In this document: positions 1 through 11,684 of the stretch, in pieces | How the letters are laid out: every line of letters begins with the position of its first letter | How positions within the stretch are numbered: position 1 is the stretch's first letter | Assembly: GCF_001194135.2 (NCBI RefSeq) | Contig: NC_068991.1 | Span: 21,837,029-21,882,099, forward strand | Source: Octopus bimaculoides | Taxonomy: Eukaryota | DNA: 45,071 bases | Reading direction: 5' to 3' | Translations under genes and position numbers: made by a program | Notes under the pieces: generated by a model | The model's database searches: none | Seen by the model: only the letters and a program-made list of their open reading frames with translations | What the model was told of the DNA's origin: nothing

Positions 1-275
1 CACCAAGGTCAGCAGCTATCGAAAGCCGACGAAGGGAAATAACTCTGAAATCCGGATCCGTTCGTGCTGCAGATCGTGGTGAGAGGGATAACTTCCCTTG
101 GCAAACAGGACACAGTCGTGTGTTGATAAGCCAGCTGGAGGAGATGTCCTCCTGGGGCTAAAAGCAACAGTAACATCCACCCCTAGGGGTCAGCCACACT
201 TAAGTGGCAATATACTACACTTTATATATGTATATATATATGTATATGTGTATATATATGTATATATATATGTAT

Positions 276-313
<38 letters not shown>

Positions 314-553
314 TAGTCTCTAGGCAGGGTTTTCCTCCTTAAACTGTATTATATATATATCATTCTGCATGCAACCAACTGTATTTATTTAAGTGCTTCC
401 TGCAATAAATATACACTTCATTTAAATGGCTTCAAGAAAACTACAACATGTCACATGAGTACTCAGCTCTACAAGCAATGCTTCTAACGGCAGATATAGC
501 TTTAAGCAAATGAAAGTGATTATGGAACTTCTATTCTCATGTCATTCACTAAT

Positions 554-636
<83 letters not shown>

Positions 637-1294
637 CTGAGAGAGAGAGAGAGGGGGGGAGAGCATGAAACATTTCTGTTGTGCTTAGCCCTTTTGGTAA
701 CACGGTAAACCTTGCACCAATTAAAACGTATACACACAGTGTAAACACACACACACACACAAACCATATGTTTAAAGTGACAGTGATCCAATATATTTAT
801 AGAATAATGTAGAATACATGATATAGCTAGGCAGAATTAGTACTGAGATGTAATTTTACAACACAAGGAATATACATGTTGCTGTTGTTGTTTACCCCAA
901 ATTGGTCCAGACTTTTCAGCCATGACAATTACACTCTTTTCTTTGACATTGCATATTTTGACATGCATCGTTCAGCATGCACCTTCCCTTTAAAGATGAT
1001 AAGGAGCTGTTTGAGGATGATTTGGCTGCAATCTCTTGTAGATTGTGTAACCACGTAGATGTTTCTTTGTTAGCTTACTAGAAATAGATGTATATTGAGA
1101 GCTAAGATTGTTAACATGACTCATAGTTTGGGCCTTGCTTTGATATTCATATTTCGACTATTTTGGTATTATTCTAGAAGCTGGTGACAGAATTAATTAT
1201 CTCTAGAGAAAGCTTTGCAATTTTGCTGCTGTGCTACATATATTTAATGATACCTAAATCTAAGTTTTGAAGTAATACAAAAATATTATAGCAC

Positions 1295-1760
1295 CCTCTC
1301 ACATAGACACTACCTAGTAACACAATAACTTCCTCTTATATAGTTTGTACCTAGTGATATAGGGGTACAATGCTTTCTTTTGCATAGTCTGTATCTAATA
1401 ACACAGAGCTACCATAATCCCCTGTTACATGGTCACTAACTAGTAATATAAGGCTACCATGGTCCCCTCTTACATAGTCTACATCTAGTAATACAGAACT
1501 GCTACCCAAGCTCCCTCTTATGTAGTCTGTACCTAGTAATACAGGGCTAACATAGTTCCCTCTTATATTGTCTGTACCTGGTAATATAGGGCTGACATAG
1601 TCACTTCCTAGCAATACAGGGCAACAGTAGCTTCCTCTTACATAGATTGTACTTAATAATACAGGGCTGTTATGCCTTCTTTTTGCATAGTCTGTACCCA
1701 ATAATACAGAGCTACCATAGCTCCCTCTTACAGAGTCTGTGCCTAGTGATACAGGGCTGA
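1295..1760. repeat. Diverged ~45-bp minisatellite, about 10 units
   Basis: Unit ~ TAGTCTGTACCTAGTAATACAGGGCTACCATAGCTCCCTCTTACA; the minus frame gives repeated SPVLLGTDYVRGSYG. Confidence 0.9.
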
Positions 1761-1831
1761 AAACCTTTTTTGTATGTGCATACATGTGTGTGTGCGTGTG
1801 TGTGTGTGTGTGTGTGTACAATGTTATAAAT

Positions 1832-2037
1832 TTTATCTTTTATCTTGTTTCAGTCATTGAACTGTGGCCATGCTGGGGCACTGCCTTGATGGGTTTAGTC
1901 AAACAAATCGACCACAGAACTTATTTTTTAAGTCCATTATTTATTTTATTTGTCTCTTGTGTCAAGCCGCTAAGTTACAGGGGCATAAACAAACCAATAC
2001 CAGTTGTCAAGCAGTGGCAGAAGACAAACACACATGC

Positions 2038-2086
<49 letters not shown>

Positions 2087-2243
2087 ATGGGCTTCTACAC
2101 AGTTTCAGCCTACCAAATTCACTCATAAGGTATAAGATGGCCAGGGCTAAAGTAAAAAAATGTTTGCTCAAAGTGCTGCATTGTGGAATTGAAACCGAAA
2201 CCATGTGGCTGCAAAGCAAGCTTCTTAACAACACCACCATGTC
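1832..2243 (-). mobile_element. SINE family A (tRNA head, CORE-like body, internal CA microsatellite)
   Basis: Same architecture as 5467-5870 and 36005-36425 (ttttatctttta.cttgtttcagtcatt...gcaagcttct...cacac). Confidence 0.85.
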
Positions 2244-2726
2244 AGCACCTATTTTGCAGAACTTTGTTTTGAAGCTGTACAGAGTTTGTTTGAATTTATA
2301 AATATGTTGGTTCTGATATGATGACAATGAAGGTGACATTGGCAGTCAGTAGTAGGACAACAATAACTTTATTTTAGCTGACACTGCAATTAGGATCAGT
2401 TGAAATGTCATGGAGTGAGTGAGATTAGACAAGCGGTTGTGTAGAGGGACTCTTGTCACTAAATGCCTATGTTTATAGTATAAATGTCTCAACTATCAAA
2501 ATAATGCAACTATCAAAATACCTATGTCATTTTTCTCACTGCTGCAATCATTGCGAACCAAGTTTGCATGGCAGACTGGTTAAGAAGTTTCTTTTGTTAC
2601 CACTTGGTTCTAGGTTCAATTCCACTGTGCAACATCTTGCGCAAATTCTTCCACTGTAGCTTTGGGTTGACCAATACCTTGTGAATTTGGTTAATGAAAA
2701 TTATCTAGAAGCTTGTCATATTCACA

Positions 2727-2783
<57 letters not shown>

Positions 2784-3310
2784 TTATACTTATTAACATG
2801 CACCCATACACACTTAAGGTAAATTGGCCATATTATTAGTGTTGGATGGATTACCTTGTGGTATTTATTCTGGTTCTCTGCATTCAGAGTTCAAATCCCA
2901 CTAAGCTATGCGTTGCCTTTCATCCTTTCAGGGTTGATAAAGTACCAGTTCAGTTCTGTACTGGGGTCAATTATTCTCTTTCTCTGTTCTTTCCCCATCT
3001 CTCTCTCACTCTCTCTGCCTCCCTCTCTCTCCCTGCCTCCCTCTCTTTCTTTTTTTTCTTTCTCTCTAGCCCCTGTGACTTCATCAGGGTTTGAGTATAC
3101 CATGATATGGTATACTATGTATGCATGTATGTATGTTCATACACACATATACGCTGTTGGATATTCTTGCTGTTGCCAAGCTTTTACAAATATGACAGTT
3201 GAAAGTGCAGAGGTGGCAGATGACCTGTTGACAGGAAATATCAACAAATGCCAACTACAAACAATGACAGCATTGTTTGTAGTTGCAGCTCAGTGCAGAT
3301 TGTAAACATC

Positions 3311-3380
<70 letters not shown>

Positions 3381-4352
3381 GGACTTCTCTCTATTTACTT
3401 CTACCAAATTCTCTCACAAGGTATTGGGCAGCCCATGGTTGTAGTAGAAACTGCTACACAGTGGGACTCAACCCAAAAGTACATGGTTCAAATGCAAAAT
3501 TCTTAACCCCACTTCCATGTCTGCACTCATACCCCCCCCCCCACACATATGAATTGGTTTCAAATTTTGGCACAAGGTCAGCAACTTTAGGGAAGTGGGT
3601 AAGTCATTTATATTGACCCCAGTGCTCAACTAGTACTTATTTTGTTGACCTCAAAAGGATAAAAGACAAAATCAACCTCGACAGAATTTGAATTCAGAAT
3701 GTAAGGATGGACAAAATGCCATTAAGCATTTTGCCTGGCATGCTATTGATTCTGACATTTCGCCACCCTCTCTATTTATATATATATATACAAATATATT
3801 AAGGCACTGCTCCAGCATAGCCACAGTCAAATGACTGAAACATGTAAAAGAATATATATATATATATATATATATAGCCATGGTTGTGAAGCCCAGAAGG
3901 TCACTGTTGAAAGAAGAGTTGATATATTTATTCAGAGTTTACCCAGGTGTTGAACTCTTATCAAGTTAAATTAGTGCACCTAATCAGTGCTTATCTCCAC
4001 TATCCCAATCTTTCATAGGATCATTTAATAAAGAAAACTAGAAGTGTTAAGCCTAACATTTCTTCTGGTCATCAGTTACTTTAACATTTAAAGAAATCAA
4101 CTTATATCAGCAAATATTCTACTGGTTTTATGTTCAAATTGGCCAGATCCAGTTTCTCCCACCTTCTGTGTCACTGAAATCTCAAAGCTACAAAATAGAT
4201 GCTTGATTAATTTAAAACACTATGAATAAATAAGCATTATATTAGACAGAGCAATCTGAATACTAAAAGATTGATGTTCTTTTTTTTTTTCTTAATTAAG
4301 TGTTCTCTTATTGGAACTCCAGCCTGGTCTACTGGGAAAGTTATGAAAAGTC

Positions 4353-4695
4353 TTGATGATGCTTGGTTTTACAAATCCTGTGTCATTCAGCTTAGCAGCT
4401 GCTGATTAGTTTGTAATCGGTATTGGAAGGTTAAGGGCTTCCTTGATGCCTGCCAGAGGAGCAAGTAGCTATCACCATTGAAGGCATCGTGGTGAAGAGT
4501 GCTTCATTGAGGAGCAAGGTGTTGTCACGTCAAAGGTATTGCGCTCAAGAGGCTTAGAAAGTGAAACAAACTCTTTAAGTACTAGTTTTACTACGCATGC
4601 GCACTCGAGGGGCTTCCGGAAAGTCAAGTCCCTTGCGCATGTGCAGATAGTACTTCCTCAATGGCAGCTATAATTTCGCGCCACTACAGTCTGAA
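4353..4695 (-). repeat. ~345-bp segment, inverted copy of 7855-8197
   Basis: Direct alignment by eye, roughly 85-90% identical over the full length. Confidence 0.95.
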
Positions 4696-5466
4696 TTATC
4701 ATCATCCTTATTTAACATCCATTTTCCATGCAAGTATGGGTTGGATAGTTTGACAAAATCAGCTTTGGCATGGTTTCTATACCCTTCTTAATGTCAACCA
4801 CCTTACAGTGTGTACTGAGTGTTTTTTCCACACAACCAGCACTAGTGAGGTTGCCAAGTAACTTACAGGGCAGAAAAAAATTGAGAAAAGGAAAAAGCTC
4901 TCATTTGGAAAAGAGCTCCCAGTGCATGTGTTGATTCTTAATAGTCCTACAGGCAAGAGGGATAGTGAATATAAATGTTAAGTGTAGTTGGTATGAGAAG
5001 CATTTGTATTTTCTTGTAGCTGAGAGAGACAGGATTAATATTGACCCATTGATAGATACTTTTTAAGGTTTCTGTTTATGGAATTGATATAGGTTTAGTG
5101 TGTAGCATCAAAGTCTGGATGATGCATGGTTAAGAAAGGTTAGGAAAGAATGAAGAGTATGTAGTTGGATATCATGGCATGTACATTATTGATGTATAGA
5201 AGAAAGTAAGACAGTGAGATGAGTCAAAAGTGAACCCTGGAAGTATGTTGGAGTTGAAAGAATGAGATACTGTAAAAGGTCTATCAATCAACACAGTGAT
5301 AGTGCAATCTGATAGTAAGCTACTGATCAAAGAGATGGGAGATAGGTGGGGTCCCCTAGGCAAGCATTTTGAGAGGAGATTTGTATACCAGATACAGTCA
5401 AAAACTATACAAGCACACACACACACACACACACACAGATAGATAGATAGATAGATAGATATAGAT

Positions 5467-5655
5467 TTTTTTATCTTTTACTTGTTTCAGTCATTAGACA
5501 GTGGCCATGCTGGAGCACTACCTTGAAGATTCAACTCCATTAGTTATTTTTTCAAAGCCTGCTACTTTTTCTATTGGTCTCTTTTGCCAAACTGCTAAGT
5601 TATGTGGACGTAAACATACTAACAGCAATTGTCAAGTGGTGGTAGAGGACAAACA

Positions 5656-5696
<41 letters not shown>

Positions 5697-5870
5697 ACAC
5701 ACACACGCATACACATACACGATGGGCTTCTTTCAGTTTCCATCTATCAAATCCACTCACAAGGCTTTTGTAGAAGACACTTGTCCAAGGTGCCATGCAG
5801 TAGCACTGAACCCAGAACCATGTGGTTGGGAAGCAAACATCTTGCTACACAGCCACATCTGCACCTACCA
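5467..5870 (-). mobile_element. SINE family A copy
   Basis: Collinear with 1832-2243 and 36005-36425; CORE-like GTGGCACCTTGGACAAGTGTCTT on the minus strand. Confidence 0.85.
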
Positions 5871-6484
5871 TGTGTGTGTGTGTGTGTGTGTGTGTGTCCA
5901 CTGTGACAGTCATGTCTTTTCCTTCTACTATATACAGTGTACCCAGGTCAACATTATCCAATGTCTGTGACCTCAGGCTCGAAAACAGTTGTTGTAGATA
6001 TCATACTGAGGAACTGAACACGTGTAGTTGTGCAAGGTAAACATTTTAACCCAACTGCTACACCTGTAGTCAATACACTGAGTTCAAATCTCACCAAGGT
6101 CAGTTTTTACCTTTCATTTCTTTGGGGCCAATAGAATATCTTTCAGTGGCATAATAAAGGCATTGTTTCATTTGATGTTATTCTGTTTCATTTGCAAATT
6201 TACAATCCTTGAGCCAAAGCTGGAGATCTATATCAGAGATATAGGGTAACTACACCAAATGATCGACTGCTTTTAGTTCTATCTCTCTATGTTCTGAGTT
6301 AAAATCCAATAAAATTCAACCTTGTTTCTCTCTCACTTTCTCACACCCCTCTCTCTTTCTGAATGATAAAATATCACCAGTCATCTATTGGTGTTAATTT
6401 AATTGCTATATCCCTACCATTATATCCCTACTTATTAAACTTGTAGCCTTATGAATGGGAGAAATTATCATGGACATTATTGTT

Positions 6485-7380
6485 AAGGCAGCGAGCTGGC
6501 AAAATTGTTAGCATGCTGGGCAAAATGCTCTACAGCATTTTGTCTGCCTTTACATTCTGAGTTCAAATACTGCTGAAGACAACTTTGTCTTTCATCCCTT
6601 TGGGGTCGATAAAATAAGTACCAGTTGAGTACTGGGTTCAATGTAACCAACTTAGCCCTTTCCCTGAAATTGCTAGCCTTGTGCCAGAATTTGGAACCAT
6701 TATTATTATTATTATTGTTCTTTAAGGCAATGAGCTGGCAGAATCGCTTGTACACTGGGGAAAATGCACAGCATCATTTCATCTGTCTTTACGTTCTGAG
6801 TTGAAATTCTGCCAAGATTGACTTTGCTTTTCATCTCTTTGGGCTCAGTGAAATAAGTACCAGTTTAGCCCTGAGATTGATTAAATCAACAAGACTCTGC
6901 CCCTAAAATTTCAGGCTTTGTGCCTATTGTAGAAAGGATAATTGTTGTTGTTGTTGTTGTTGTTGCTTAAAGGCAGTGGCATGGCAAAATCTTAAGAGCA
7001 TCAGAGTTTATGCATTGCATTTTTGTTTCAGCTTTTTCTATTCTGAGTTCAAATCAAACCATAGTCAGCTTTGCCTTTCATCCCTCTGGTGTTTATGACA
7101 TAAACTACAGGTTAAGTACAGGGATCAATTTAATCAACCAGACTCTTCTCCCTTCAGAATTGCTGACCTAAAATAGAAGCAATTATTGACATTGTTGTTG
7201 TTGCTGCTGCTACTGCTGCTGCTGCTGATGATGATGATGTTGTTGCTGTTCACTTGGACTGACAAAAATGGGGAAACACCAACTAAATGCTTGACAGAGT
7301 CTAGTTTTGTTTCTCGGTATTCCGGATTCAAATTTCTGTCAGGGTTGCTTTTGCCTTTCATCTCTCAGGATCAATAAAAT
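6485..7380 (+). mobile_element. Head-to-tail run of four SINE family B copies separated by triplet microsatellites
   Basis: Repeated AAGGC(A/G)GCGAGCTGGCAGAA...TTCTGAGTTCAAAT...CTTTCATCC...GTACCAG units at ~6485, 6724, 6968 and 7245, each followed by (TTA)n, (TTG)n or (TGA)n. Other copies at ~2840-2975, 3560-3760 (-), 6060-6140 and 24270-24480. Confidence 0.8.
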
Positions 7381-7854
7381 AACTAAAATATAATCCATGA
7401 TAATGTGATGATAACCCTGTTTATGGTCTTGTGCTGCTGGGAAATTTCCTTTTCTTCCTCACTTCCTCCACCTCCTTCTCTTCTTCTTTCTCCCCTTCTC
7501 TTCTACCCTTTCCCCTTCTTAGAGCCAGATATGGTTGGTTTAAATGCTCAACGTTTTAAAGGACCTTAAATAGTAAAGGCACTATTTTGTTGATGTTCAT
7601 TTGTGTTGCTTTTACTCGTCTGTCAGCCAATCCTGATTGGGCAAACCAATGGTCAAAGACTTTCCAGCTGTGACCATCTCACCTATACTATGGGCAGTGC
7701 ATTTAGGACTATGTTATTATTCAGTGTATCTTTTTCTTCTTTTTTAAATTGATAGTCAACAATTTGAGGGAGATTTTGTTACTGTTTCTTGCAGGTTGAG
7801 CACTCACATAGAAGCTAATTTTGATGTTGGAGTTGAAGTTCATTGCCATTATTG

Positions 7855-8197
7855 TTCAGTTTGTAGTGGCGCAAAATTGTAGCCGCCATTGAGGAAGTAC
7901 TATCTGCACATGCGCAAGGAACTTGCCTTTCCGGAAGCCCCTCGAGTGCACATGCGTAATAAAACTAGTGCTTAAAGAGTTACTTTCATTTTATAACTCT
8001 CTTCTGCATGACACCTTCAACGTGACAACACCTTGCTCCTCAACGAAGCACTCTTCACCACGATGCTATCGATATGATAGCTATTTGCTCCTCTGGCATG
8101 CATCAAGGAAGCCCTTAAGCTTCCAATACCAAATTACAACTTAATCAGCGGCTGCTAAACTGAATGACACAGGATTTGTAAAACCAAGCATCATCAA
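7855..8197 (+). promoter_or_regulatory. Promoter-like module ~150 bp upstream of the CCSAP coding exon; duplicated at 4353-4695
   Basis: Locally CpG-richer than the flanks. Motif-like strings: GCCGCCATT (YY1-like), GCACATGCGCA and GCGCATGCGT (NRF1-like), TTCCGGAA (ETS-like). Function is inferred only. Confidence 0.4.
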
Positions 8198-8352
8198 AAA
8201 ATAAAACTTATTTTTATTATGTTGTTAATTATTCTACTGTTTCTTCATATGTATTATGTTGAAAGGTGATAGAGAGAGAATAATGTCTCTATTGCAACTA
8301 TCAACCTTTTACAAGTTCATTCATTGTTTTTTGTTTTTACTCAGCTTCCAAA

Positions 8353-8671
8353 ATGAAGAGTGAATACGAGCGTCAGTTCTCTCCAGTGGACCCAGAACTT
8401 TGTGAAATTATCTATGAGGCCAACAAACACTTTCGTACCCTCCGCCGCAAGCATGAATATGAACACACACCTTTGGGTATTAATAACTATAAAAATAATA
8501 TGCAGGATGGCGAAGAATCCGGCCAGCAGCTACCCTTCTTAAAAAAACTGATGCGTCGCTCCAACTCCACAGAAAGGCTCACATATACCGGTTATTATCA
8601 TACCAAGAAGCATCCTCGAAGATCAAAGTCTGCTGATAGGTCATTGTTGTACCAGAAATATGACAGAAAAG
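8353..8671 (+). CDS. CCSAP: CCSAP-like (centriole, cilia and spindle-associated protein), coding exon 1
   Basis: Acceptor ttgtttttactcAG at 8343-8344, ATG at 8353, donor AAAG|GTAACA at 8672 (phase 1). MKSEYERQF...ANKHFRTLRRKHEYEHTP resembles the CCSAP N-terminus (KSEYMKRY...HYRLGRRLLEQAHAP, recalled from human). Confidence 0.85.
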
Positions 8672-9002
8672 GTAACAACTTTGTACAGACATTGTTACAC
8701 TTGTGCTGTGTGTGAGTTGCATTTGTGTGCATATAAGTGTGTATTTACATGTGTATATGTGCAATTATGAGTATGCATATGTATGTATGATTGTGTTTAA
8801 CTACACACATGCACACATACACACACATACACACAATGTATGGGAATTTATGTGTATGTGTGTATCTATGTGAGTGTGTGTATATGATTATGTGTATTTG
8901 TGTGTGTGTGTGTGTTGCCATGTGTTTGAGCTTGTATGCATTTATGGTGTTTGTCTATGTGTGTATGTATGGATGGTTGGACGGATGCATGCATCACTAT
9001 TA

Positions 9003-9345
9003 ATTTCAAATTTTGGCGCAAGGCCAGCAATTTCGTGGTACGGGGTTAGTCAATTACATTGACCCTAATACACAACTGGTACTCATTTCATCAACCCTGA
9101 AAAGATGAAAGGCCAAGTTAACCACAGCAGCCTTTGAACTCAGAATGTAAAATCAGAAGAAATGCCACTATGCATTTTTTCTGGTGCAGTAATAATTCTG
9201 CCAGCCTGCTGCCTATGCCTTAATATTGATATGTGCCTTTCATCTTTTTGGGGATGGGGTCAATAAAATAAGTATCAGTAGAGCACTGGGATCAAAATAA
9301 TCAACTTACTCCCTCCTGCAAAATGGCAGGCCTTGTACAAAGTTT
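9003..9345. mobile_element. Two SINE family B copies in opposite orientation (CCSAP intron)
   Basis: 9003-9215 reads as family B on the minus strand; 9225-9345 is a 3' part on the plus strand. Confidence 0.7.
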
Positions 9346-9822
9346 GAAACTAGTATTGATATACACTCATACAATCACTGACATGGAATATTGAATTTAA
9401 TCATCCCTTCTTTTTGAATAAGATTCTGTTGGTAACTTTAACACACAGTGTGTGTCATAAGTGGATTGGATTCTGTTCGTGAATGTGTATGTTGAGTCAG
9501 TGAAGTCATGGACAAATAGGTAAGAAATTTGCTTTTGAATCTTGAAGCTGCAGGTGTAATCTTACCTTAAGTAAGCATCTTCTACTGTAGCTTTAGATCA
9601 TCTCAGACCTCTTTAGTGTGACTAGATGAGCAGAAAATGTATAGAAAAGCCTGTTGAGTACTGTAGCTAAAAAAGCAAAGGGTTAACTCTATTACACAAT
9701 GGCGCATGGCCTGGTGATAAGAAGATTGGACTCAAGATTGTATGTTTGTAATTCCAATTCCCACATTGGGTAGTACATTGTCTTCTTGTGCATGAATCTT
9801 CATTTTGCATTGTTTCAGTTTA

Positions 9823-10322
9823 CATGGTCTGATCAATTACTATCCAAACTGTCACCATAGTAAAAAAGCTAAAGCACGCAGTGTGAAGCTACTTGGCACA
9901 GATTGACCTAGCTCACTTCCACTGTTTACAGCAGTGCTTGGAAGGAAGGTGTGTAGCATGTGATTGTTGCATTGACCATGACAGAGAAAGTTGAGCAGAG
10001 AATCTGCATTAGATTTTGCCAAAAGCTTGGCAATACCTGCTCAGAGGCCTAAGCAAAGTTTTCAAAAAGTTTTCATCGTTCTCAACACAATCAAGGAGCT
10101 CTTGTGCAACTGAAACCCGACTGTCTTTTTGGTCAGCTGAAAGCAGTTTTGGCACAAACTTGGCAGACACACATCTCATACCCAAATCTTCAGTGATAAG
10201 GGTCTGAACTGAACCATAATTAATCTGCACATCCTCTGATAACTCATGGATGGCGATTCAATCGTTTCCCCTCACAGTTGCATGCACATCTGCAATATTT
10301 TTCTCAGTTCTGCTGTTTATTT
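9823..10322. mobile_element. Rearranged mariner transposon remnant
   Basis: TA + ITR-like CATGGTCTGATCAATTACTATCC. The + strand gives MTEKVEQRICIRFCQKLG (from 9978). The minus strand gives IHELSEDVQINYGSVQTLITEDLGMRCVSAKFVPKLLSADQK, which is typical of mariner transposases. Confidence 0.85.
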
Positions 10323-10640
10323 TTGTGTTCCTGTCTGTGGAAGAGTGTAGGCTCGAAACATTAAAGACTTTTTCACTTCCCATGTGTTAAACTAATACAT
10401 CTGTTTGTTGTCTACACCACCTGTCTTTGTCTTTTGTTTTTTTTTTTGTGAATTCTCCCTATATATATATGTATATATATATGTAGTTGAAATTTATAGA
10501 AAAGCATAAGATGAAGACAGGTGTATGAACAACAAGCAAGTGTATTAGTTTGATGCTCGGGAAAAATGAAAAAGTCTTTTACGTTTTGATCCTATGCTCT
10601 TCAACAGAAAGGAATATGAGAAAATAAGCAGAGAGAGAAT
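10320..10640. mobile_element. Two related short Penelope-terminus-like elements, tail-to-tail around (TA)n
   Basis: 10320-10460 (+): ctgtggaagagtgtaggctcgaaacattaaagactttttca...ctaatacatctgtttgttg. 10485-10640 (-): ctgttgaagagcataggatcaaaacgtaaaagactttttca...ctaatacacttgcttgttg. Confidence 0.65.
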
Positions 10641-10678
10641 GAAAAAAACTTGTTGAGTTCAGTGGACCAACATGGCAA

Positions 10679-10730
<52 letters not shown>

Positions 10731-11368
10731 CAGTCTTTTTCCAGAACTTTGGTTGGCCTGGGGCTATAGTAGAGACATTTGCCCTAGGACCAAGCAGTGG
10801 GACTGAAGCTGAAACTAGGTGGTTGGGAAGCAAACTTATCAACTACACAGCCACACCTGCACATGTTTGTATGTGTGTGTACTGTATTGTATCACAATGA
10901 CTGTTTGGAGTCCCAAACGAAATGCATCAAAGACCAGCTGAAGACCAGCTTGAAGAAGACCAACAGTAACATTTCAGGAGTGGAAGACATCATTACTCAT
11001 CATGCACTTTAAGATCTCAGTATTGGACAGGAATTGACAATAGGCGGGAGGAGCAAGGTAAGAAACACGTACTCTGAGTTAAGCCTAACCTCTCCAGCCA
11101 AACATGTATTGTCCTTAAAGGGTCCAGAAATGAAGAAGATAGATAGTCATTATTCATGTCATTGAACTGCTAGCTGCAAGCAAGAATTGTGTTGTGCTCA
11201 TACTGGACTCTGTGTGTGTGTGTGTGTGTGTTGAATGTGATGCTGGAGTGAGAATGGTTGTGATGCAGATCAAACAAATGATAATTAAATTGTTTATATA
11301 TACTTACTTGTTAGACTTTTAATTCTGTTTTTTTAACCAAAGCTAATGTCGATGTTTATTGTATTCAG

Positions 11369-11544
11369 CCGCAGAAGAACCAAAGCTTACTCGCACGTCT
11401 GTAAAAACTGAAAACCAAGAAAAGACAAATTCAAGCAAACCGAAGATACGAATTAAACTTCCACCATTTGTGGCATATGGAAGTGGTTGCTCTGGTCGAG
11501 AAATGGGAGATTTGAAGACGCATAACGTAAATGCATCAAGCCAG
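11369..11544 (+). CDS. CCSAP: CCSAP-like, coding exon 2
   Basis: Acceptor tgtattcAG and donor CAG|GTAAGC. Phase 1 in matches exon 1 (G+CC=Ala); phase 0 out. Encodes PPFVAYGSGCSGREMGDLKTHNVNAS, matching the CCSAP motif PFALYGWG...GSQKTHNVCAS. Confidence 0.9.
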
Positions 11545-11684
11545 GTAAGCTGTTTTTGAAGTTGTTATTGTTGCTGTTGTTGTTGCTAATTAGTTCCAGT
11601 TCAGGTGTGATGTATCTGAGCAATGATTAAAAACATTCCACTCTTGACTATCCAGCCTTTTATTTTAAATACAATATATCTAAG

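Noticed and set aside
1-210. GC-richer segment at the window start
   Set aside because: Truncated by the window edge. It resembles a LINE 5' region but cannot be assigned.
1295-1760. CRISPR-like repeat array
   Set aside because: The units are contiguous and diverged with no unique spacers, the context is eukaryotic, and there are no cas genes.
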